Of a stretch of DNA of 64,000 nt, positions 11,283 through 20,848 are shown piece after piece. The DNA is from an uncultured Verrucomicrobiae bacterium. Its GTDB lineage: Bacteria > Verrucomicrobiota > Verrucomicrobiia > Limisphaerales > Palsa-1400. The translations under genes and the position numbers were made by a program. Each line of letters opens with the position of its first letter. Position 1 is the stretch's first letter. A model generated the notes under the pieces. That model ran no database searches, had not been told where the DNA came from, and worked only from the letters and a program-made list of their open reading frames with translations. Location of the stretch: contig CAVPOM010000008.1 in the NCBI GenBank assembly GCA_963707025.1, forward strand, positions 116,560 through 180,559. The letters run 5' to 3'.

Positions 11283-13839
11283 ATGGCGAAGCACCCTTTA
11301 CTAATATTCCCGAAGTCCGTCCCGGTTGACCGGGAAAAGCTCCGACCGGCCTATATCCCTCGCGCGGCCATCGGTCGTCGTTGGCAGGACTCTCACGTAG
11401 GACAACCACTCCTCAAATTGGAAGCAGCGATCGCCCGCCGCACATTGGAGCTTTCCACCACTGCCTCGGGCGCAACAGCGGAAGAAGTGCTTGTCTTGGA
11501 AACGATTGGCAACGTAATTGATTTCGTTAATGCTGTCCGTCGGATTGAGGGTTTGGAGTGGCTGGTTTCCTTCGATGTCGCCGAAGCCGATGAGGAAAAT
11601 CTTCCTTCGCTGGATGCTCCGGACGACGACTTCACGGAGGGGGGAAATCGTCTGTTCGCGCTCGCGACCGATGCCCAGGCTTTACACCAGCTCCTGTCCC
11701 TTTGGCAGAGGTACCAGACAGGTCAATCTTTTGAGCGCGGCTTCGGTGTATGGAAACAAGTTTTTGCACAATTGCGGGAGGTGCGGCGCTGGTCCGTAAA
11801 GGACCGCTTGTACGAGACAGGAATGGTAGAATTTTGGCGCGATGCATTGGACATGGGTGATCCCACCATCACCTTTGCAGTAGAACTTTGGTTCCGTGCA
11901 AATCCAAGTGTGCGCCGCGCTCGGTTCGAATCGCTTCAGGCAGAAGCCGTATCTCTCGGTGGTCGGTTGGATCACTCCTACGAGCACGAGCCCACAGCCT
12001 TTCATGCCGCGGTGGCGACTTTTCCGCCGTCAGTTGTGAGGCAATTCCTCGAGCAGCCAGATACTTCGGCCTTTCTTGAGCGTGCCGAGGTTATGTATTG
12101 TCGTCCCCATGGACAGACCGCCATTCCGCTCCAAGACGGCGATGCGTTCGGGATCGCCACAATCCCCACAACACCGCCGCCAGGGGAGCCTATGGTCGCC
12201 CTGCTCGACGGTTTGCCAGTGGAAAACCACTCTGCTTATGCTGGCTGGCTGCGGGTGGACGACCCCGACGGTTGGGCGGCAACGTATGAGGTGCGTGACA
12301 GACAACACGGGACGGGCATGGCTTCGCTAATCGTCCGGGGAGACCTAAGTTTAAATGAGGCGCCAATCAATTCGCCATTATATGTCCGTCCAATCCTCAA
12401 GCCGGACCCCAGCGATTTCCGCCGACCGCGACGGGAGGCTATGCCGTTCGGGCGATTCCCCCAGGACTTGCTTGAGATTGCTGTCCGCCGATTCAAGATT
12501 GGAGATCCCGATAACCCCGCGACCGCGCCGAGCATTCAGGTCGTAAATTTATCGGTAGGGGACCCGTCTCGGTTGTTCGACGGGAGCATGAGTCCGTGGG
12601 GTCGAATGGTGGATTATCTCGCTTGGCGCTACAACTTGCTTTTTATCGTAAGCGCGGGAAACCATGCCTCATTCCGGATAGAGAAATCTCTCGCTCAGTG
12701 GGATTCTCTGACACCAATCGAGCGCGAACAAGAGGCACTTCTCGCGTGTTGGCGCGATATTCGGCACCGTCGCCTTCTGTCGCCGGCCGAGGCGATCAAT
12801 GCGGTGACGGTGGCGGCGTTGCATATAGATAACAGCGGCCCTCCGCCGCCGTCGGGCGCACTGGGTACTATCCCAATCCAGAACCCAAACATTGCCTGCA
12901 CAACTTCAGCCTTTGGCCCAGGCTGTTGAACGCTCAGTGAAGCCTGACATCGCCCTTCCTGGAGGCAGAAATGTGATGCGGGCAGAGTCGGGCCTGATTG
13001 TCAGAGCGGCAGGCACAGCGAGACCCCCAGGCCAACTTGTAGCTGTCCCCAGTGCTCCTGCGGCAACCGCAACTGGCCATACTCGCGGCACCAGCAATTC
13101 CGCAGCGCTGGCCACCAGGCAAGCCGTCGCCATTATCGAGACGCTACGCAGCCTGACAATCGATGAGAATTCAATACCTGACGAGTTTCTGCCCGTGCTC
13201 ACGAAGACAATGCTGGCCCACGCGGCGTCCGCTGCCCAAGCTGCGGTCAGACTTAGAGAAGTTTTCGATCCAGGGCACGATCAACGGGTCAACCTATTTC
13301 GAAAGCGCCATATCATAACTACCGTCGGCTATGGCACAGTGGATCCTGCACGCGCTACTGGCGCAGACGACCACCGCGCGACGCTCATTGGATGGGGCGA
13401 GCTAAAAAAGGAGCAGGGGCACGAATTTCGCCTTCCCCTTCCGCCGTCGCTGAACGCGGTTCGTGGAAAGCGTAGGCTTACCTTCACGCTTGCTTGGCTG
13501 TCGCCAATCAATCCACAAAGCCGCGCATATCGTTGTGCGCGCCTTTGGTTTTCGCCACCCAGCGAGACCCTCGCCACAGTACGCTCTGAGGCCGAATGGC
13601 GTTCTGTTCGCAACGGAACATTGCAGCACGAAATCTGGGAAGGTGAACAAGCGGCCGCCTTTTCCGATGGAACCGATATCGTCATCCGGGTGAACTGCCG
13701 GGAGGACGGCGGAAAGCTGCAGGGTGCTGTCCGGTATGGATTGGCGGTATCCATCGAGGCTGCCGTCGAACTCGGACTGCCCATTTACGAAGAGGTCCGC
13801 CAAGCAATTGCCATTCGAGAGCCGATCCGGCCAACCTAA
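11283..13839 (+). CDS. ietS: S8 subtilisin-like protease, IetS-like (+1 frameshift near 12923)
   Basis: Triad motifs ALLDG, RQHGTGMASL, RGTSNSAA; SAGNH oxyanion motif; KPDIALPGG; split over ORFs 11265..12929 and 12892..13839. Confidence 0.85.
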
Positions 13840-13869
13840 CTTTCTCAAGGTTGCCTTCGCCGGCGGGTG

Positions 13870-14601
13870 CTAGTTTGGGGTGGAGTTGTTTTCAGTTTCA
13901 AGCCTGCGGCGCAACTTTTCGCGATGGGCGCTGAGGTTCTTCACTACTCTGGATGTAACGGATTCCTTTCCACGCGTGTCGGCTTCGTGGAGGAAGAACA
14001 CTCTCCCGGTTTCGGTGTGCCGCAGTTCGCCGTTTTCCAGCACGTTGAAACCATAGTGCGGCGCCTGTTGCCTCAAGAACTGAGCCAGGTTCCCGGTTGA
14101 ACCGTCTTGCCGGAGAACCGGACCAAACACGAGCAGCAGCCGCAGGTTCTCGCATAATGGCAGCAACCGGAAGAGCCATGCAACGTCGCGCTCGACCATC
14201 CGACCGAATTCGAGCCTGTCGGTTGCGCCATTCGTGAGCATTGCCGATGTGGGGCGATATGAGACATCGAAGTGCGTGGCGGTTCCTTCCTCGTAACTCA
14301 GGTCCAGCAATTTCAACCCGGCGCGCCACGGCTTAAACCAGTCGTGCGGTGGCGCTCTGTGGTTGAAATAATCCCTCAACCTTCGCTTCCAATCTAGTGG
14401 CGTTTTAACATCTGCCCAGCCACGGCTGAATTCAAACTCGGTGTTTGAAGGATTTACTCCGACCGTTGCGACGAGCGCCTTGGCGGGGTTCCCAAAGAAG
14501 GGTATCGGCCAGTGCGGGCATCGGATCCTATTCAACGGGAAGTCATTCTGACTTTCTCTCCAGTCCTGAAGCACGGCCGTCAGATGGTCAGAAATGGTCA
14601 C
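13870..14601 (-). CDS. Uracil-DNA-glycosylase-superfamily-like protein
   Basis: GTG 14601 with RBS GGAGG; PIPFFGNPAKALVATVGVNPS resembles UDG motif A (GxNP); LLLVFG strand. Confidence 0.5.
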   Translation of the reverse strand: MTISDHLTAVLQDWRESQNDFPLNRIRCPHWPIPFFGNPAKALVATVGVNPSNTEFEFSRGWADVKTPLDWKRRLRDYFNHRAPPHDWFKPWRAGLKLLDLSYEEGTATHFDVSYRPTSAMLTNGATDRLEFGRMVERDVAWLFRLLPLCENLRLLLVFGPVLRQDGSTGNLAQFLRQQAPHYGFNVLENGELRHTETGRVFFLHEADTRGKESVTSRVVKNLSAHREKLRRRLETENNSTPN

Positions 14602-15265
14602 GCGCCTCCGTTCTTGGCATTTCAACAGCCTGCGGCGGCGGAGCCGCCCATGAGACAACGCGCTTGGACAGACGCTCCAATTCCCCACCGGCGGTGATAT
14701 GGGCGAACCAAACTTCGTCGGCCAAGGCGGCGACGAATTCATTGCGCCGGGTGGCCAACGCGGCTGTGACGCGGTTCTCCCTGGGGGCGAACGGGGACAG
14801 GACCAGCAAGCGGCCGTCGGCCATCGGTTGTCTCCATTCTGGGGGCACTCGCCGGGGCAACGAGCGTGCCGGGCAAATGATTATAGGCTGCGAGCCGCGC
14901 AGGAGGATTTGCAGACACTCCTTTTCCACGGGGGAATGGAAGCCGCTGATGACGCAGCGACCGGCGTCGCGCCATTTGGCAGCCTGGTCGTAGGTAGTCA
15001 GGATGGCGTGGCCGGGACATCGGGCGGAACAGAAAAGTGCGGTTTTGGGGAGGGCGAGCAGGTCGAGGTTGCCGAGGACTGAGATTTGCTTCGGTGCATT
15101 GTTTCCCAACAGGCGCACGACCCGATGTGGGTAACCGGCATCCGACAGCCTGATTTCAGTTGGGTGTGTTGGCGTCGGTTGGGGATTTCCTGCTCTAAGC
15201 TTCCCCGACACAACACATTCGTTGTGATTCGACGGCTTCTGCCGCGATTGTGGCCGGCAGATCAT
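14588..15265 (-). CDS. Short DprA/SMF-like (SLOG fold) protein
   Basis: ALFCSARCPG, VISGFHSPVEKECL, ATRRNEFVAALADEV; lacks the SAM and wHTH domains of full DprA. Confidence 0.8.
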   Translation of the reverse strand: MICRPQSRQKPSNHNECVVSGKLRAGNPQPTPTHPTEIRLSDAGYPHRVVRLLGNNAPKQISVLGNLDLLALPKTALFCSARCPGHAILTTYDQAAKWRDAGRCVISGFHSPVEKECLQILLRGSQPIIICPARSLPRRVPPEWRQPMADGRLLVLSPFAPRENRVTAALATRRNEFVAALADEVWFAHITAGGELERLSKRVVSWAAPPPQAVEMPRTEARDHF

Positions 15266-16984
15266 GTAATTCCTTTCAAATATTCAAGCAGTTCCTCTGG
15301 GGAACTACCAATCTGCGTGTCATAAACCATGCCAAATTCGAGCGGCTTGTTGCGCATTTTCTGGGCCATGAATTTATCGCAAAATAACGCGTCGCAATAC
15401 GGTAGTGCCTGCGCGGCGTGCAGGAAGTCGAGCATATCGTTCGGTTGCACTTTCCTGTTGGTTTCGAGTGCCAGTGCTGCGCTCAGGCCGGCGATCACTT
15501 CCAGGGACGGCACAGCTTTTAGGTCGCGCCCCTCATAAAGAGGGCCGAGTACAGGCCGCAACGTGGTCTTCGGGGGTTCCCGGAAGACCACTACACATCG
15601 TGAACCACTTCAAAAACTCATCTTTCAGCGCACCGAGCAGGTCAGCCCGATAATTTTTCACCAACTGTTCAAACTTGGGTTTCGCCTCGGCGGGTTGGGC
15701 TTTTCTTTGATCGGCTGCTTTTACCCAAGCGGCAATCCCTTCGTCCGAAATTGGAGTCCAATCCGGCATGGCTTGATACTCCGCGAATGTCATATTCCAA
15801 CGCAAATCAATGTAGGCTTTCATCATCGCCGCACTGTTTTGCCCGGGCAAATGCGGGAAAGTGACTGTGTGCTCCCCCGCCCAGTAACCGGCTTTAGTCC
15901 AAATAGGAAACGTTGCTTCGTTGGTACGGCCGCCTCGCAATGTCCGATAGACATGCCGTGCAAATTCCATTTCGATCAGGTGCAGCCAATTCTGAACACA
16001 CACACCACCGCTCAGGTAATCCATTATTCGAGCGGTTGCGAGCCGAGTCGCAATGTCGTTTTGCTTCATGAGTTCCTCAAATAGCGGGGAACTTGTGGGG
16101 CAGCAAATGCGCTTCTTTTGCCTAAGCAATTCCAGGCGGCCCAAGATTTCATCGTAGATTGGAATGAGCAGGGGACTCTGCGTGACGACATGGCGAAGAT
16201 TCACCCAGTATTTTGTGTCCAAATAAATTAGCTTTTTGTCCGCCAGATCGCCAGCAAGTTCGGCCCGCTTCTGGGCAAGATACTCATCTGGGGACAAATG
16301 GGGGTTGGCGCGGTGTTTGTCCGCAAACCCCTGGACACGACAGTGGCAATCAACTGTTGTATACCACCGCTCCCACTCGTCGCTTTTGCCCTTGCTCGCG
16401 GAATGTCTAAGCTCTCCTGATTGCATCCGGAACAAATCTTCAATTGTGTGTTCGCTCATGAACCGTTCCTTGGCGCGGTTAAAATCAATCGTGCCCACGT
16501 TGCGGCACGATTCCTCAAAGAAATCCAAGGCTTCGCCAAGACCGTAGTTGTTTTCAAACTCGAAGAACTCTCTTTGCCTCCCCGCCGTGCCGACGAGGAA
16601 CAGATGCCAATGTGATTGCGCGGCAACGCTGCGCCACAGACGCATTTGCGTTTCGTTTTTCGGGTCGAGGTAACAATCCCATGAGCAGAATGGTTCGCTC
16701 AGGGCCGCTGGGTTTTCGACCCAGAACAGAATGAAAACCAGCGGCCCGAAATCATTGCGCGCACAACCGTTTTTCATCATCAGGCGGAACGGTTTGACCT
16801 GCCTGAGTTCTTCCATAAAAGGCGTTTGGTCGCGCACAAACAGGACCACTTCTTCGCCCACCGCAGGGTCAAGAATCACGGGCATTGGCATAAGGCCATC
16901 GCGCGGGCCAAAAAACTCATCAAGCGCCGGAATCTCAAATTCCGTCGGGCCATGCTGCCACTTATTTTGCTTTTGCTCGCTCAT
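15262..16984 (-). CDS. Hypothetical protein: unknown N-domain plus PIN-like domain (frameshift near 15556)
   Basis: LIYLDTKYW, PLFEELMKQ and NDMLDFLHAAQALPYCDALFCD give a PIN-like acidic set; joins ORFs 15533..17005 and 15262..15591. Confidence 0.55.
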
Positions 16985-17094
16985 TCTATCTGGTGGAAAG
17001 GGCATTACTCTTCCCTCTGGGTGCTGAGGTCAGCCCAATCGCAGTCTCCTCGGATGCGAAACAGAGTAATCTGGTCTGACGGGTGTGAATGCGA

Positions 17095-18216
17095 TCAAAC
17101 CACACCGGGAACCTGCGGTCTTGGAATTGCATAAGGTAATGGACTGGCCGTTTCCGGGATTGGAGCCGACGTGGAGTAAAGGGATTCAAATTCGGCGGGG
17201 TCCTTTAACTTCTGAATCAAAAACTCAACCCACGCCTGAGTATATCCGTAGTCTTCGTGCATTTTGTCGTAAACGCAATACTTCCAATCCGTTTGGTGCG
17301 GACAACTGCTGCCGCTCGGAGGCCGGACCTTGTACTTGTGCCAACATCGCGCGTGCGCATCCAAGGTGAACTTGTTGACCTGCTTTCCGTAGCGAGTCAC
17401 CTTTGGATCGCCCAGTCCCGCCTGGACTTTCTTAACGACTTCGCCTGGCCTGATTATATCCGGGTTTGCCACTGGGACTTCTTTGAATTTGACCATGGCC
17501 ACGACGTGACCCAGTTTTTCTTTCTCCTCATTTGACAGCTTATCATAGTGTACAAACTGTATGGGCAGAGCGTTTTCACTTTTGTGATTTGCAACCTGGA
17601 TCAGGAACGCCTTGAAGGAGTATTTTCCACTGGCGATGACCTCCGGTGAAATGGTCGATCGATATTGGTGGATAAAATCTACGATCGGCTTCGCTCCCGG
17701 GTTACGCTTGATGGCATCAACGAGGTTCTCGGAGGATGGAAACAGTTGTAGGGAGAAGGACAAGCTCTCGCGCAGGCAATATTCTAAGCCAAATTCCTTT
17801 TCAAGCATCGCGTCAAAATTGAGCAACATGGCCTGGCACTCGCCAAAAATACTGGCGTCAAGTTCCGGCATCGATCTGTGCTCGATTTTGTTCCGAAGCG
17901 GGATGAAAAACTCCAAGTTTTTCCGGACAGGATCGCCTGTATCGGCTTTGAAATACTGTGACAAACACTCACCAAGTTCCCAATGTTTGAAATCGTTTTC
18001 AACCTTCAAGAAGCGGCCGTGATCCTTACAAAATGGTTTGCGCTTCCCCTTGTAGAAGATTGCGTGGAACAAGGATGTCCAAGCAATCACCATGAGGGTG
18101 ATGTAGCCGCCCGACTTGAATTTTACAGCGGGTTTGTTGTAAACCTCAACAGCCAGCAAGGCAGAATCCCTCGCCTTTTCAAGGGCATTTTTGACCTTCC
18201 GTCCGAGTCGTTTCAT
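17095..18216 (-). CDS. DUF3644-family protein with HEPN-like RxxxxH
   Basis: LEKARDSALLAVEVYNKP N-terminus, LMVIAWTSLFHAIF, LRNKIEH. Confidence 0.75.
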   Translation of the reverse strand: MKRLGRKVKNALEKARDSALLAVEVYNKPAVKFKSGGYITLMVIAWTSLFHAIFYKGKRKPFCKDHGRFLKVENDFKHWELGECLSQYFKADTGDPVRKNLEFFIPLRNKIEHRSMPELDASIFGECQAMLLNFDAMLEKEFGLEYCLRESLSFSLQLFPSSENLVDAIKRNPGAKPIVDFIHQYRSTISPEVIASGKYSFKAFLIQVANHKSENALPIQFVHYDKLSNEEKEKLGHVVAMVKFKEVPVANPDIIRPGEVVKKVQAGLGDPKVTRYGKQVNKFTLDAHARCWHKYKVRPPSGSSCPHQTDWKYCVYDKMHEDYGYTQAWVEFLIQKLKDPAEFESLYSTSAPIPETASPLPYAIPRPQVPGVV

Positions 18217-18332
18217 CTCGCCTCGCTTTCGCCGTCGAGGCCACGGCGGTGTTTGACGTCGCAGTTCTGGATGAAAACTGGAGTTGACAACGTCTGATCA
18301 AGTTTCTGTTTGTCGGGTTGGATATCCACAAG

Positions 18333-18920
18333 TCATCGTTGATTGTTTTTGAATTTAGATTCCTTCGCAAGGAGCAGACGGCGGAATGCGGTCATGGTTT
18401 GTGGCGGAGCCTCGTGGATGTATTGCAAGGCCCTTTCTCTGGTCGGAGCGGACAGGCCGTCCAAATAATTCAAGGCCGCGGCTGGGCTAAACGGGATGCG
18501 GAGAACATCCTCGAACCGACGCCCCAATGCAGTCCAGATGACGGCGTCAAAACCTTTAGCCTGCGCCCAGGCACTGATGCGTTCGCAGGATTTGGGATGG
18601 CGGCTCAAGGCGTTATGGGCAAAACGCCCGGCGGCGACTTCGCAAAAGCCGATGTCATCTTGCGAAGTTCGCTCACGCACCCGCAAATCGGCGATGGCCG
18701 GTGGCAAGTCGCTGCGTTTGCTCAAGGCGTGAAGCGTGGTGACTTCTGATTCGCATTGTTCGTCAATCACGAGCGTCAGGCAACCCGCACGCGCCCCGCG
18801 TTGCGAGATGCGGGAAAATTCAATCCAGAGTTTCGGGCCATCCGGTTGCCACTCGCCTTCGATGGGCAGCCCGCGCGGCTCTTTGATGAGCGAACCCCAG
18901 CCGAGGATGGCGATTTTCAT
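18333..18920 (-). CDS. Gamma-glutamylcyclotransferase (GGCT/ChaC)-like protein
   Basis: ATG 18920; MKIAILGWGSLI matches the GGCT-fold YGSL-type loop; IEFSRIS, LRVRE; about 195 aa. Confidence 0.55.
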   Translation of the reverse strand: MKIAILGWGSLIKEPRGLPIEGEWQPDGPKLWIEFSRISQRGARAGCLTLVIDEQCESEVTTLHALSKRSDLPPAIADLRVRERTSQDDIGFCEVAAGRFAHNALSRHPKSCERISAWAQAKGFDAVIWTALGRRFEDVLRIPFSPAAALNYLDGLSAPTRERALQYIHEAPPQTMTAFRRLLLAKESKFKNNQR

Positions 18921-19835
18921 TTGCGTGCTCCCTTCGTGGCGCGGGCATGGAATTCCTCCGCCAATTGATTGCACAGGGCCTCCAACGCTTCCTCTGGATC
19001 GGCAAACGCCTGCTTCTTCAGCGTCCGACCCGAATTTTTGAAATGGAGGGCGAGAACGGCAAACGCAATCGCTTTGGTGATATGATTGGCATTGCCAAGG
19101 AAACGATTGAGAAGAGAACGTCAGGCGGTCGTAAGAAAATGGATGGCTGTTGCCACCCAAATTCCCCCCGTATAGCCCGATAGCTGTAGCTAACAGAAAC
19201 GCTTGGACAACGCCGAGCATTCGCTTAACGAATATGAGACTGTCTGCATCAATGCCGTCCAGCACCCATTCCGCCGCCGCGATGTCCGCCTCCTTTTCTT
19301 GAGAGAGACTTAATGCGTTGTCCACGCCGGCACTGTGGCGAAGACGTATGTGTGCCAACTCGTGATGAAGCAGGAAGGCGCAGGATACCAAGCAAAGCTC
19401 GTTCGCTGCATTGTCCGGCCCATCGGCGGGTGTCTCTTGGGGAATTGGAAGGTTTGGAGGCCAGTTGTCAGCAGTGTCGTTTTCAAGCTGGCAAATAATC
19501 GCCCAACGAAGCAACTTCAACGCGTTGCTGACGCCTCCATCGGAATGAGGGTCAATTTCCGTAGGCCGGTCAAGTTTCTTACCCTGGATCAACCGAGTGT
19601 AGAAAAGAAAATGGGCCAGTGACGAACACCAAATCAATTCCACTGCGCCACGGCTGACAAAAACCACCCGCTTTGAGGGATCGGCGTCGGCACAAAATTT
19701 CCAGCGGCGCTCATTGGTATATATGAGGTCAAAGTTGTCGAGCGAAATATCAAACTCTGATTTGCGCTCTGGTGCGATATTGAAGACCGAGTTGCCTAGA
19801 TTGTCTGCCATCAAATGACGAATCGGCGATTGCAT
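18917..19835 (-). CDS. lit: Lit-family (peptidase U49) phage-exclusion-like zinc protease (frameshift near 19117)
   Basis: FLLHHELAH (HExxH), QEKEADIAA, HPFSYDRL; removing one T restores a C-terminus whose TGA overlaps the next ATG; alternative start 19868. Confidence 0.7.
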
Positions 19836-19876
19836 CGTCGCTAGGCATGTTCTGTCAATTCGGCGCATATCGTGTC

Positions 19877-20848
19877 TTATGCGGAACGATCTAGTCCCAA
19901 ACGGACGTCAAACTTTGGGTAGATCTTCCGGAATGAATCCAAAATCTCACTTCTGATTTGGTCCATTTGTTGAATTGCGGAATGGGTTGGATGGAATACA
20001 GAACACTCCGGGACGTTGCAGCCACAGGGACGAATCTCACCGGCTTTGACCAAGCTTTCGTAAGTTGTCCGTAACTTCGCGAGCTGCTTTTCGATAGACC
20101 CCAATTCCTTTTTCGTCGCTGGCGACTGAATTTGGTGGCGGCTTGGGATTCGGCGTATCTCAGTGCCGTCCCTAAGTCGGTGGACGCCAGTGCCGAGGGC
20201 TTCGATTGTGTCGGTGATTGCTTTTTTGAACGCCGGAACAGAGCTTTCCTGATGGAAGGGTGTGTAAAATGCAGGCCGGTCAAAGAGGGAACTCATTAAA
20301 GCCAGTCGCTCTTCATCATTATCAACCTGAACTGAACCGACAAAAAGCTGCAATTCTTTCGATGAATCCGGGAATGCCTCCCCGCCAAAAAAGCGTTTGA
20401 GCAGTGATTCGGCTTTGTCCCGAAGGCGTTCTTCAAACTCAGGTCCTGACCAAACCTCGCATTCGTGAATGGCAACTTTCGACGCCTCGTTCTTGATGGC
20501 ATCACGAAGTTTAGCAGATATTACACCGCCGCTGATAACTATGCACTTGTCTGGAAAACCGCTGGGGCTTTTCCTGAGCTTTGCCAAATCAGATTTGGCT
20601 TTCGCTTTTGTAAGCTTCTGCCAGTTGGCACAGAGAGCGCAAATTCTCTGCCCGTTGGGAAACCTGTCACTCTCCCTCAATCCCCAGATGTCTCGACCTG
20701 AATCCGAGCCCGTTTGCCCATACCAATCGAGTGAAATCCAATCGTTAGTTCGCAAGAGGAACGCAAATACAAGCCGCTCAAATGTCGTGCCATCGTAATC
20801 CTCGAAGTGAATCCGATGCACCATGGTGGATGGCTGAGGTTTTCTCAT
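19877..20848 (-). CDS. Mrr/REase-like N-terminal domain plus unknown helical C-domain
   Basis: FERLVFAFL...YGQTGSDSGRDIWG; ATGA overlap with the MTase stop. Confidence 0.6.
   Translation of the reverse strand: MRKPQPSTMVHRIHFEDYDGTTFERLVFAFLLRTNDWISLDWYGQTGSDSGRDIWGLRESDRFPNGQRICALCANWQKLTKAKAKSDLAKLRKSPSGFPDKCIVISGGVISAKLRDAIKNEASKVAIHECEVWSGPEFEERLRDKAESLLKRFFGGEAFPDSSKELQLFVGSVQVDNDEERLALMSSLFDRPAFYTPFHQESSVPAFKKAITDTIEALGTGVHRLRDGTEIRRIPSRHQIQSPATKKELGSIEKQLAKLRTTYESLVKAGEIRPCGCNVPECSVFHPTHSAIQQMDQIRSEILDSFRKIYPKFDVRLGLDRSA

Noticed and set aside
14588..15265. Competence dprA or ShosTA
   Set aside because: Too short for full DprA, no comM context, and no PRTase/hydrolase toxin partner next to it.
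18333..19868. 511-aa Lit-GGCT fusion protein
   Set aside because: The middle section is frameshifted junk; removing one base gives two genes with an ATGA overlap.
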